Origin: a bacterium
GTDB taxonomy: Bacteria > Electryoneota > Electryoneia > Electryoneales > Electryoneaceae
Assembly: GCA_963669175.1 (NCBI GenBank)
Contig: OY769902.1
Coordinates: 4,384,001-4,448,000, forward strand
Length of the DNA: 64,000 nucleotides
Direction of reading: 5' to 3'
Part shown: positions 27,865 to 37,021 of the stretch, piece after piece
How the letters are laid out: every line of letters begins with the position of its first letter
How positions within the stretch are numbered: the stretch's first letter is position 1
Made by a program: the position numbers and the translations under genes
The notes under the pieces: model-generated
What the model saw: only the letters and a program-made list of their open reading frames with translations
What the model was told of the DNA's origin: nothing
Databases searched by the model: none

Positions 27865-28854
27865 ATGCAGTACGTAAGGATGGCCGCGATCTTTCTTGTT
27901 CTTTTCGCAGCAGTAGCTTTCGCGGATTATTCCCAGGAGTGGCAGGTTCAACAGAACTTCTACGATTACGGGATTCTGTATTTTGACTACAATCATGATG
28001 GCAGTGCGGAATTGACCAAGATGTGGGGGAACACTGTTACCGCCTATGACGGCTCATCGAATTATTCAGTTTTATGGTATCTCGAGCAGACGGATTATGA
28101 TGAGCTGTGTATATGGGACATCTACGATGATCTCATTGAAGGCCAGGAAATCGCCCTCTTTTTTGCAGATAACGTAGTTGATGAAACATCTACAAGGTTT
28201 TTCGCCTTTGAGGTTCTTGGCGACACCCCGGTATGGAGTTCCAATCTCTTTGATGGCTATTACAGCTACATCAGCGTAAAAGATATTGATGCGGATGGCG
28301 CAAAGGAAATCGTATTTGGATTGAACATTTACAATGCCGATGATGAGGACTATACTTCTCATTTTTACGTTCTGAATGGCCAGACAGGCGCCCTGGAGTA
28401 TACCAGTCCGGAATTCGCCGGATATATGCGCGGTCCGTTCCTTAATGACATGGATGATGATGGTGTTATCGAGATACTTCTCAACATTTACAACAACACG
28501 GATCAGACATCAGAACTGATCGTGTATTCCGATGATTCTCAAGGTGTGATTCAGACGGAAGATTTCCTCCCCAGGGACATCACTTTGCATTCCAATTTCC
28601 CGAACCCTTTTAATCCCGGCACCACGATTCCCATCACTTTGCAGTTGCGGGCTGAAGTGCGTATCGCTGTCTATGATATCCTCGGGCGTGAAATAACGGT
28701 ACTCATGGATGGCACACTTGGCGCCGGAACCCACCAGTTCTACTGGAATGGCAGGAATGATGCAGGTATTCCACTGGCATCAGGCGCTTACTTCTATGAG
28801 GTAAAAATCAATGGTCAACATCTTCTCAGAAAAGCCATGGTCCTGCTTAAATGA
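27865..28854 (+). CDS. Exported FG-GAP/VCBS-like protein with T9SS-type/FlgD-Ig C-terminal sorting domain
   Basis: AGGAG RBS before ATG 27865; signal peptide ending AFA; DxDxDG loops (DYNHDG, DIDADGAKEI, DMDDDGVIEI); C-terminus NFPNPFNP...YDILGREI...WNGRNDAG...SGAYFY. Confidence 0.85.
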   Translation: MQYVRMAAIFLVLFAAVAFADYSQEWQVQQNFYDYGILYFDYNHDGSAELTKMWGNTVTAYDGSSNYSVLWYLEQTDYDELCIWDIYDDLIEGQEIALFFADNVVDETSTRFFAFEVLGDTPVWSSNLFDGYYSYISVKDIDADGAKEIVFGLNIYNADDEDYTSHFYVLNGQTGALEYTSPEFAGYMRGPFLNDMDDDGVIEILLNIYNNTDQTSELIVYSDDSQGVIQTEDFLPRDITLHSNFPNPFNPGTTIPITLQLRAEVRIAVYDILGREITVLMDGTLGAGTHQFYWNGRNDAGIPLASGAYFYEVKINGQHLLRKAMVLLK

Positions 28855-29648
28855 GACTGATTGAACTGCTGGCAGCTCTATCGATTTATCCCTGGAACCT
28901 GGGTGCAGGTGGCTACTATACGTACGGCACATTCCGTGATGACCTTGTCTATCATGGCCAGTCCGCTATTGTAACCCTGGACAGGAAGAACAAGGATCTG
29001 CTTGAGTTCAAGTTCGAGGATTTCACCATTGACGGTGATGGACGCTCCTTTGAACAGACGAATTATATCGCACGTGCCGCCTGGTGGGCTGATAAACGAT
29101 GCCGTCCAGGCGCGTTTCTTTGGATTCCGCATACTGACTTCAAGTCGGATGAGTATTACCTGGGCGGCACGTTGGAGGGTGATTTCTCATTCGGCGGTTA
29201 CAGGCTGGCCATGACGCACAAGCACGGTCAGGATTTCGGGACTTTCGGGCCGGTTCAACGGTTTGATGCGAAACAATATGACGTATCACTTCACAAGTGG
29301 TTTGGTCCGCATCGTTTCCAGGTCGGTGTAACTCACGTGAGTCTCAACGAGGAGAATTATTACCTCCTTCGGTTGGCAACCTTGAGTCTGTTATCGAATC
29401 AAACAGTAGTGTTCCTGGAATACTCGACCGGGGAAAGCCGGTATTACGTTGAACCGTTTGACCTGGCTGTTCATGACAGCGAGGAGATACTAAAAGCGCA
29501 GTACGTAGCTGGTTTCACTTACAGGTTCTTTACCAACTTGTCCGGGTATGCCAGCTACATTCGAGTGGACATGGAATCCGCTTTCCCGGGTTTCATGTGG
29601 CCGGAAACCAAGCAGTACTACACAGTGGGCTTGCAGGTCAGGATTTAG
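28851..29648 (+). CDS. Putative outer-membrane beta-barrel protein
   Basis: ATGA overlap with the upstream gene; aromatic-rich alternating strands; ends YYTVGLQVRI. The signal peptide is unusually short or atypical. Confidence 0.65.
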   Translation: MRLIELLAALSIYPWNLGAGGYYTYGTFRDDLVYHGQSAIVTLDRKNKDLLEFKFEDFTIDGDGRSFEQTNYIARAAWWADKRCRPGAFLWIPHTDFKSDEYYLGGTLEGDFSFGGYRLAMTHKHGQDFGTFGPVQRFDAKQYDVSLHKWFGPHRFQVGVTHVSLNEENYYLLRLATLSLLSNQTVVFLEYSTGESRYYVEPFDLAVHDSEEILKAQYVAGFTYRFFTNLSGYASYIRVDMESAFPGFMWPETKQYYTVGLQVRI

Positions 29649-29676
29649 AAGCGTTGACAGGTTTACAGAGGTTTTC

Positions 29677-30117
29677 ATGAGGCGGTTTTTTGCTTGGATT
29701 ATCGCAGTTTTTGTACTGGTTGGCTTTGCTGCTGCCGAGCCGGCGAAACTGCACGTGGATATTGTTGTGGATGCCGATCACGGCTGGCCGACAAAGCTCG
29801 TGGTCAGTGGAAACGTACCCCAGAGCAAGGCATGGCTTGGTATTTCCCTTTACCCTTACGCAGTCATTGATCCGATAAATGATGGCGATCATACAATCAT
29901 TGAACTGCCAAAGGGTGAATTCAAACGTGAGATCCCGGTTCCCTCAGGATTTCTTGGTGGTAGCTTCGAATTCGGTCTTTGGGGGAAACGGGTGGACAAA
30001 ATCGACTGCACCATTGATAACTGTTACTGGTGTAAAAAGAACGGTTTCCATCTGGATAGCTCACTGGCTTACAAGAGCGGACTTTTAACACGTCTAACCG
30101 GTTACGGTACAGAGTAA
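29677..30117 (+). CDS. Small exported protein with CxxxxCxWC motif
   Basis: Start moved to ATG 29677 (GAGG upstream); signal MRRFFAWIIAVFVLVGFAAA; CTIDNCYWC near the C-terminus; 146 aa. Confidence 0.75.
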   Translation: MRRFFAWIIAVFVLVGFAAAEPAKLHVDIVVDADHGWPTKLVVSGNVPQSKAWLGISLYPYAVIDPINDGDHTIIELPKGEFKREIPVPSGFLGGSFEFGLWGKRVDKIDCTIDNCYWCKKNGFHLDSSLAYKSGLLTRLTGYGTE

Positions 30118-30134
30118 TCCGGAAGGAGTACAGC

Positions 30135-30380
30135 ATGGGCACTACATTTAAAAGTGAAGTCACCGTAAGCAAGAGTGGCTTTGTTTTTGACCACTCTTCC
30201 GGGTTGACCTTTTCCCTGAACGAAACCGGTCATTTCATTTTCAAGGAACTTGAAGCCGGAAGCGAGCCCAGTGAGATCTTGAGCGGACTTATGGAAGAGT
30301 TTGCCGTGGATGATACAACAGCACGGAAAGACCTGGATGATTTCCTGCGTCAGCTCAAGGATCTTGGCTTTGTAGAATAA
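30135..30380 (+). CDS. Stand-alone PqqD-family / RiPP recognition element (RRE) protein
   Basis: 81 aa; AGGAG RBS; 'GFVFD..SG.TFSLNETG..I...L..G....EI...L.EEF.V....ARKDL..FL..L...G' is the PqqD-family pattern. Confidence 0.88.
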   Translation: MGTTFKSEVTVSKSGFVFDHSSGLTFSLNETGHFIFKELEAGSEPSEILSGLMEEFAVDDTTARKDLDDFLRQLKDLGFVE

Positions 30381-30501
30381 ACGGACCTTGTTGTCTAAAA
30401 ACGTAACTCCGCTTATTTCCTGTCGTTCCTTTAGAAGAACCCTGGAAAGAACGGTGAAACCTTTGCTGTATCGATAGTGGTTCGGTCCACTGGGAGTAAC
30501 C

Positions 30502-31575
30502 ATGAGTATAAATGTTGCGATCACCGGTCTTCACGCGACCGATAATCCTGCCCCGGGGATTGGTGTCATTCGTTCCCTGCGTCACCCGGACGGATGGGAT
30601 GGCGACATCATCGGCCTTGGCTATGACGTCTATGATACCGGGATTTATGACGTTGATCTTCTCGACCATACGTTCCTGATTCCTTATCCCAACCAGGGCG
30701 CGGATCACCTGTTCAGCCGCCTGATGTATGTCCATGAGCAGGTTCATATTGATGTGATCATTCCAACCCTGGACAGCGAATTGTCAGTTTTCCAAGTACT
30801 TGAGCCACGTCTGAATGAGGCCGGAATTCGCCTCTTCATTCCGAGTAAAGAAGTCACCGAAAAGCGTTCCAAGGCGAAACTGGTGGAATTCTGCGAGGAG
30901 AATGACATCAGCACACCGAAAACCATAGTCATCCGTGATCCAGCCAAGTTCGGCGACGCCCTGGATGATCTTGGCTTTCCTCTCTACGTCAAAGGTGTTT
31001 TTTACGATGCTTACAAGTGCAACACCAGGAGCGAAGCACTCAAGGCCTTTGAAAAGATGCGCCAGCAATGGGGGCTTCCGGTGCTGCTCCAGGAATCTCT
31101 CAACGGTGAAGAATTTGATGTCTGCGCTGTAAGCGATCAGGAAGGCGATCTGATTGGCGCAGTACCGATACGCAAGTTGCGCTTGACCGAAAAGGGCAAG
31201 GCCTGGGCGGCGGTTACCATTCGTAACAACGAATTGCTGGAAATGAGTCGTAAAATCTTGAAACGGCTGAAATGGTCCGGGCCCTGTGAGCTGGAAATCA
31301 TGCAGGAAAGCAGGACAAAGAAACTGTACCTGATTGAGATTAACCCACGTTTCCCGGCCTGGATATTTCTCGGAACCGGCGCCGAGCAGAATTTACCAAG
31401 AGTTGTTGTTGATCTTGCGCTGGGTAAAAAGGTTGAGCCGATGTCACCTGCCACCAGCGGGATCTCATTTGTACGTCATGCTACGGACCTGGTCTGCCCG
31501 CTCGAGTACCTCGAGAACCTGACCATGTACGGTGAACTTCACAACAAAGAGTACCGGGAGAGCAATCATGGCTAA
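30502..31575 (+). CDS. ATP-grasp ligase (CarB-like single-domain family)
   Basis: 357 aa; 'IDVIIPTLDSEL', 'GFPLYVKG', 'LLQESLNGEEF', 'LYLIEINPRF' ATP-grasp motifs. Confidence 0.9.
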   Translation: MSINVAITGLHATDNPAPGIGVIRSLRHPDGWDGDIIGLGYDVYDTGIYDVDLLDHTFLIPYPNQGADHLFSRLMYVHEQVHIDVIIPTLDSELSVFQVLEPRLNEAGIRLFIPSKEVTEKRSKAKLVEFCEENDISTPKTIVIRDPAKFGDALDDLGFPLYVKGVFYDAYKCNTRSEALKAFEKMRQQWGLPVLLQESLNGEEFDVCAVSDQEGDLIGAVPIRKLRLTEKGKAWAAVTIRNNELLEMSRKILKRLKWSGPCELEIMQESRTKKLYLIEINPRFPAWIFLGTGAEQNLPRVVVDLALGKKVEPMSPATSGISFVRHATDLVCPLEYLENLTMYGELHNKEYRESNHG

Positions 31576-32914
31576 GAAACCCTATGTGAAGCCGACCATT
31601 GTTCGTCATTCAGTTGGTGTTCAGAATAAATTCGGACGTCCGCCGTCAGCCGTGCCACGTGAATCCCTGGAAGGCTTCTCCGTGCGTGACCTTGCCAACA
31701 AGTACGGCTCACCTTTGTTCGTACTGTCGGTCAAGCAACTGCGAGACAAGTATCGTGACCTGGACCGGGCATTCCGCACACGTTACCCCAAGTTCCAGAT
31801 CGCCTATTCCTACAAAACGAACTACATGAAGTCCGTATGCTCTATCCTTCACCAGGAAGGGGCCTGGGCGGAGGTAGTATCCGGTTTCGAATATGATATC
31901 GCCGCTAACCTTGGTGTTCCAGGCGAACAGACAATCTTCAACGGACCCTATAAAACACGTGATGAGTTGAAGCGTGCTTTCGAAGCAGGGTCCATTGTCA
32001 ACATTGACAATTACGACGAGATGCTTGTTGTTGAGGACATCGCGGACGAGATGGGCAGAATTCTGGATGTCGGCATCCGAATTAATATGGATCTTAATGA
32101 TCCGCCCTGGCACAAGTTCGGTTTTAACGTGGAAAGCGGGCAGGCTTACCAGGCGGTGAAGCGTGCCATGAGCAGTGGAAAGCTGAATGTGGTCGGCCTG
32201 CATATTCACACCGGCACTTATGTTGATGACACCAGTGTCTACTCGCGCGCTGCTCGCGGTATGGTGAATTTCTACACCATCATCCGTGAACAAATGGGTG
32301 TCAAGCTGAAGTACTGGGACATGGGCGGAGGATATGCCTCGAAGAATACCCTGAACTGGGCGTATCTGCCCGGCGAACAGACCTGCCCGACCTTTGACCA
32401 GTACGCTGAAGCAGTATGCCCTATCCTGATGAGTGGTCCCTTCCCGGCTGATGAGCTGCCGCGTCTTTTCATAGAACCGGGCCGTGCTCTTGTCGATGAG
32501 CCTTTCAGTGTGGTCACTTCTGTCGCCGCTCAGAAAAGATTGCCGAACGGACGTCGTGGCGTTCTTCTCGATGTGGGCATGAATATGCTGTCATCGGTGC
32601 AGTGGTATCGTTACGCCATGCAACCCGCACAGGACAGCGGAACCATGCTGGAAGACTCGGTGATTTATGGCGGCCTGTGCATGAACATTGACGTGCTCAA
32701 TCCCAGCGCTTCTCTGCCTCCGGTCAGGCGCGGGGATCTGCTGGTGATTCCGCATGTGGGTGCGTATAACCTGAGCCAGAGCTGGCAGTTCATTTTTCTG
32801 CGCCCGTCTGTTATTGCGATTGAAAACGGCGAAATTCATGTGATCAAACGTGCGGAAACACGAGAATATGTGCAGGAGTTCGAGGAACTTCCGGATGGAT
32901 TTGCATTGAAGTAA
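31568..32914 (+). CDS. PLP-dependent fold-III decarboxylase (LysA/diaminopimelate decarboxylase-like) with an N-terminal extension
   Basis: ATG 31568 overlaps the ATP-grasp gene end, GGGAG RBS; YGSPLFV, YSYKTN (PLP Lys), FNGPYK, KFG, HIHTG, DMGGG, IEPGR, LCMNID, GAY. Confidence 0.9.
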   Translation: MAKKPYVKPTIVRHSVGVQNKFGRPPSAVPRESLEGFSVRDLANKYGSPLFVLSVKQLRDKYRDLDRAFRTRYPKFQIAYSYKTNYMKSVCSILHQEGAWAEVVSGFEYDIAANLGVPGEQTIFNGPYKTRDELKRAFEAGSIVNIDNYDEMLVVEDIADEMGRILDVGIRINMDLNDPPWHKFGFNVESGQAYQAVKRAMSSGKLNVVGLHIHTGTYVDDTSVYSRAARGMVNFYTIIREQMGVKLKYWDMGGGYASKNTLNWAYLPGEQTCPTFDQYAEAVCPILMSGPFPADELPRLFIEPGRALVDEPFSVVTSVAAQKRLPNGRRGVLLDVGMNMLSSVQWYRYAMQPAQDSGTMLEDSVIYGGLCMNIDVLNPSASLPPVRRGDLLVIPHVGAYNLSQSWQFIFLRPSVIAIENGEIHVIKRAETREYVQEFEELPDGFALK

Positions 32915-33004
32915 TCGCGGGAAGGCGTGCAAACCCAGGGTAAAGATCAGACTATTTCACCCATTCGATCCTGAAGGGATCACACAACATAAATAGATAA
33001 AAAC

Positions 33005-35119
33005 ATGGAAGCAGCAAAACCACAACTGCAAGACAACCTCAGGCACTGGCATATTATCAAGCCTTACCTGCTCGGGTATGGTGTGGTCATTTTTGCTGCG
33101 CATCCGGCGCCGTCTTTCCTGGTCCTGCTTGCGACCTTTTACCATCCGATGGTAGGTGTCATGGGGCTGGCCGGAAACATTCTCGCCAATATCACCGCTC
33201 GCTGGATGGGTGCGAATGAAGAGATCCAGGCCAGTGGAATTTATGGCGTCAACGGACTTCTCGTTGGGCTCGCGCTGGGAATGCACGGCGAACCTTCGCT
33301 CAAAATGCTGCTGTTCCTGCTGGTAGGCTCCGTTGTTGCTGGAATTGTATCCGTGTTCCTCGGTAATAAATTTCTCAAGAATGACCTGCCGATCCTGTCA
33401 CTCCCTTTCATGATGCTGATCTGGCCTTTGTTGATCCTTGTCGGAATCACCAGCCAGGACCGTAGCGCGTTTGCCATTATTCCTGTCCTTCGCAGTTCGG
33501 ATCAGTGGCTGTATAATAATGTCAGCATTGAGGTTTTCCAGTACATCAAGATGTTCGGAAACATCCTGTTCCAGGAAAACCTGATTTCGGGTGTATTGGT
33601 CTATATCGCGCTGGCTCTGTATTCGCGGGTATCCCTGGCATATGCCATGCTCGGCGGTGTTCTGGGTATTCTCACTCACCTGCTACTCTATGGCACCTTA
33701 TCCAATTTCAACGGGCTTAATTATATCCTCATAGCTCTGGCATTCGGCGGGTTCTTTATCATTTCCAACCGTCATGGTTTCCTGTATGCGGTCATTGCCA
33801 TTTTCAGTGTGGGGCTGCTGGATTACGCCATTGTGAAATTTCTCAAAATGACCATCAATCCACGACTTGAAGTATTGCCGACCCTTGTATGGTCTTTTAA
33901 TATCGTTACGCTGGTTTTCCTGTATCCTCTGAAGAAGATCGCCCTGGCTCGTGCGGACCTGAACTTGATTCCTGTCCCGTTAAGTGTTGTGAAAAGTCCT
34001 GAAGCAAACCAGAACTGGCTGAAACGCTGGCAATCCCAACGATTCCGTCAGAAGACGGTATTGTCGCTCCCCTTTACCGGAAGTTGGACTGTTTTGCAGG
34101 GCAACGACGGCGAATGGACGCACAAGGACAAGGGACGCTACGCCTGGGACTTTGTTGTTACGGATTCAAGCGGCAGCCAGCACAGCGGTTACGGACTTTC
34201 ACTGACAGATTTTCATGCGTTTGGGCTGCCTGTTTTCGCCCCGGCCAGTGGGACAGTTGTTGCTGTTGAAAACGCCATCCTGGACAATCCACCACGGACA
34301 GCCAATACGGAGAACAACTGGGGCAACTATATCGTCCTTGATCATGGCAACGGTGAATACACCGAATTAAGCCATTTCAAGCAGGGAAGTATTGTTATTT
34401 ACCTGGGACAGGTGGTGAATCGTGGGCAATTACTCGGTTACTGCGGCAACTCGGGCCGTAGCGCCGTTCCCCATATTCACATGCAACTGCAGGAAGGCCC
34501 GAAACCTGGCGATAAATCCATCCCGGCACGTATCGCTGAAGCTACAATCAACGGTTCCCTGAAAGTGAATTGCATCCCTCAAAAGGATGACACACTTTCG
34601 CCTCCGGAAATCGATACGGAGCATGAATGGACACTCCTGGGCAAAGAAGGTGAAAGCTGGATTGCAGATGTCAAGCTGGGGATGGTCTCTTTCCGAGAAA
34701 CCCTGACATTCGGTTCCGATTACTTCGGAGCGCCTGCCATGCTGGGAAAAAACCATTTCCTCTGGACGATACAGGACCGTCCCAACTTCTTCGAGATCAT
34801 CCCGGATTACAAAACCTTCCCTACACTACTCGCGCCTTCCGGCTGGATGAAAATTGTTGGCGAATCCCTTGTACTGCCCAAGAAGTTGAAGGTGGGCTTG
34901 AAATGGGAAGTCGCCCAGTTTGACAGCAAGGGCCGGAAGAAAATGATCCAGGGGCATGTGATAAGCCGTTCATCCAACCTTTGGCTGATAGAGGTGAACA
35001 ACCTGCAGATTACAATAGATGAAACCCTTGAGCGAATTATACGGGTGATGGTGGAAGGTGACGAGCATTTTCGGTTCGTTGTGCGTGAACCGCAAAAGGA
35101 TGACGTTTTCTACGTTTAG
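33005..35119 (+). CDS. Urea-transporter (UT) family membrane domain fused to an M23 peptidase-like domain
   Basis: First ~310 aa multi-TM with UT motifs GIYGVNGLLVG and LPILSLPF; then WTH...YAWDF, PVFAPASGTVV, WGNYIVLDH, GQLLGYCGNSGRS..PHIH (M23). Confidence 0.87.
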   Translation: MEAAKPQLQDNLRHWHIIKPYLLGYGVVIFAAHPAPSFLVLLATFYHPMVGVMGLAGNILANITARWMGANEEIQASGIYGVNGLLVGLALGMHGEPSLKMLLFLLVGSVVAGIVSVFLGNKFLKNDLPILSLPFMMLIWPLLILVGITSQDRSAFAIIPVLRSSDQWLYNNVSIEVFQYIKMFGNILFQENLISGVLVYIALALYSRVSLAYAMLGGVLGILTHLLLYGTLSNFNGLNYILIALAFGGFFIISNRHGFLYAVIAIFSVGLLDYAIVKFLKMTINPRLEVLPTLVWSFNIVTLVFLYPLKKIALARADLNLIPVPLSVVKSPEANQNWLKRWQSQRFRQKTVLSLPFTGSWTVLQGNDGEWTHKDKGRYAWDFVVTDSSGSQHSGYGLSLTDFHAFGLPVFAPASGTVVAVENAILDNPPRTANTENNWGNYIVLDHGNGEYTELSHFKQGSIVIYLGQVVNRGQLLGYCGNSGRSAVPHIHMQLQEGPKPGDKSIPARIAEATINGSLKVNCIPQKDDTLSPPEIDTEHEWTLLGKEGESWIADVKLGMVSFRETLTFGSDYFGAPAMLGKNHFLWTIQDRPNFFEIIPDYKTFPTLLAPSGWMKIVGESLVLPKKLKVGLKWEVAQFDSKGRKKMIQGHVISRSSNLWLIEVNNLQITIDETLERIIRVMVEGDEHFRFVVREPQKDDVFYV

Positions 35120-37020
35120 TCCCCTCTTTTCTTATTCCGGACATTTCTGTCTTTAATCGTATCCCAGGGATTTTTTGCCTTGGTCCGTGATTGCCCTTTC
35201 CCGCGATTTGACCTGCTTTTCGCTTCTGATTTTTCCTGCCTTTCCGGCTTTGTCGTCACCATGTCTTTCTGCTTCCGTTTGCGCCCCCCATCCTTCTCGA
35301 CAAACAACTTCTCCCCGGTAAACGGGTCCATCTCAGTCCAATACATTACGGCAGACCATGTGGATGGCAAGGGGGTAAAGATCTGTACCTGCTCCGGTGT
35401 AATCTTCAATCTTCGTTGGGTATATTCTCGAAGCTGTTCCATATCACGGTCTGTGCATCCCGGATGCGCGGCGATCAGGTAATAGGTCATGAAGACACGG
35501 TTGCCAGCCTTTTCCCGGGATTGCTCAAAGCGCTCGGTAAATTCATCCAGTTCACGTCTTCCCGGCTTTCCCATCGTCTCCAGCACATGATCCTGCGTAT
35601 GCTCCGGGGCGATTTTCAACTGACCGGAAACATGATGCTGTACCAACTCATCCAGGTACGCCTGTCCCTGCTTCTCATCAGCCAGAACCAGGTCATAACG
35701 CAGTCCAGAGGTCATGAAAACTTTCTTCACCTTCGGCAGAGAACGAAGCTTCTCCAGCAATTCTCGCTGTGGTCTGTGATTCACTCGAAGCGCCTTGCAG
35801 ATACCGGGCGTCATACAGCGTTTGATTTCGCAGACCCCTTTTTTCTGCCAGCGCAGGCAATCGAAACCGTACATATTCCCGGTCGGCGACCCGCCATCGT
35901 ACAGGATGCCCTTGAACTTGGGATGATCACTCAGCTTTTCCGCTTCTCGCAGAATGGAAGCCTCTGAACGGCTCTGCACCTGGCGTCCCTGGTGAACCGC
36001 TATCGCACAGAAGTTGCACTCGCCGTAACACCCTCTGTGAGTTGCAAGGGAGAAGCGGATGGTTTCCAGCGCACGAATCTCACCATGCTGCTGATAATAC
36101 GGATGCGCATCACGTTCGAAATCCAGCTCGTAGTAGCTGTCCAGTTCATCACGTGTGGGCGGGAACGCCGGAGGATGCTGTACCAGCCAACGATCCCCGT
36201 GTTGTTGTGCTAACGGCTTCGCGGTAAGCGCATCATTGTTGTGGTAAAATGTGCGGAACATCTCAGTAAATGCAACCTTGTCCCTGGCGACATCTTCATA
36301 GGAAGCAAGAACGATAGCATCATCAGGCGCATCCTGTGCGATACGGCAGATTCCACGGATTCTCTCAAGTTTGATCTGCTCACTTTCCCGGGTGCCAGCA
36401 CCCGGGCCACTCAACTGAAGCGAGCTGTCAGGCGCTTCTATTGCAGGAGAATCTGATGCGTTGGCAAGGTGCTGTTCGAAGTATTTCGCCAGTTCCAGCA
36501 CGGTCTTCTCACCCATACCATAGGCCAGGAAATCAGCTTTGGCGTCGAACAGAAGTGAGCGCCGGATATCATTGGACCAGTAATCGTAATGAGCGATACG
36601 TCTCAGGCTGGCTTCCAGTCCGCCAAGCACGATGGGAACGGTGTTCTTGTAGTGTCTTCGTATCAGACCGGTGTAAACGATGGATGCCCGGTTGGGCCTT
36701 CGGTCATTTACTCCCCCCGGCGTGTAGTCATCATCACGGCGTTTCTTTTTCAGCGCGGTGGTGTTGGCAACCATCGAATCCACACTGCCCGCGCTTACTC
36801 CCCAGAACAGCCGTGGCTCGCCTAAACGTGTGATATCGTCATTTTCCAGACCCGGTTGTCCGATAATACCAACACGATACCCGGCACGGTGCAGCACCTT
36901 GCCAATCAGTGCAATGCCGATAAGCGGCGAATCGATATAGGCATCCCCGGTGACCAGCACCACATCAAGCTGATCCCAGCCAAGGGCTTGCATTTCATCA
37001 CGTGTTGCAGGCAGAAACAT
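35116..37020 (-). CDS. ygiQ: YgiQ family radical SAM protein (UPF0313)
   Basis: MFLPATRDEM..LGWDQLDVVLVTGDAYIDSP start; RGCYGECNFC (CxxxCxxC); LKIAPEH; QVQIFTPLP. Confidence 0.92.
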   Translation of the reverse strand: MFLPATRDEMQALGWDQLDVVLVTGDAYIDSPLIGIALIGKVLHRAGYRVGIIGQPGLENDDITRLGEPRLFWGVSAGSVDSMVANTTALKKKRRDDDYTPGGVNDRRPNRASIVYTGLIRRHYKNTVPIVLGGLEASLRRIAHYDYWSNDIRRSLLFDAKADFLAYGMGEKTVLELAKYFEQHLANASDSPAIEAPDSSLQLSGPGAGTRESEQIKLERIRGICRIAQDAPDDAIVLASYEDVARDKVAFTEMFRTFYHNNDALTAKPLAQQHGDRWLVQHPPAFPPTRDELDSYYELDFERDAHPYYQQHGEIRALETIRFSLATHRGCYGECNFCAIAVHQGRQVQSRSEASILREAEKLSDHPKFKGILYDGGSPTGNMYGFDCLRWQKKGVCEIKRCMTPGICKALRVNHRPQRELLEKLRSLPKVKKVFMTSGLRYDLVLADEKQGQAYLDELVQHHVSGQLKIAPEHTQDHVLETMGKPGRRELDEFTERFEQSREKAGNRVFMTYYLIAAHPGCTDRDMEQLREYTQRRLKITPEQVQIFTPLPSTWSAVMYWTEMDPFTGEKLFVEKDGGRKRKQKDMVTTKPERQEKSEAKSRSNRGKGQSRTKAKNPWDTIKDRNVRNKKRGD

Positions 37021-37021
37021 C

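Noticed and set aside
29654-29659. TTGACA upstream of the Cys-motif gene as an internal promoter
   Set aside because: No -10 element at a suitable spacing before the start codon.
30135-30380. PQQ biosynthesis (pqqD)
   Set aside because: No pqqA, B, C or E nearby; the fold is a general peptide-binding RRE.
30388-30477. 29-codon TTG-start ORF (LLSKNVTPLISCRSFRRTLERTVKPLLYR) between the RRE and ATP-grasp genes as a RiPP precursor
   Set aside because: No convincing RBS, no leader motif and no graspetide-like core. It cannot be fully excluded without conservation data.
31568-32914. Housekeeping lysA
   Set aside because: Divergent substrate loop (CMNID), extra N-terminal leader-like segment and a specialised operon context.
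35116-37020. YgiQ radical SAM as the maturase partner of the RRE
   Set aside because: Opposite strand, a widespread stand-alone family, and no SPASM or RRE-associated features seen.
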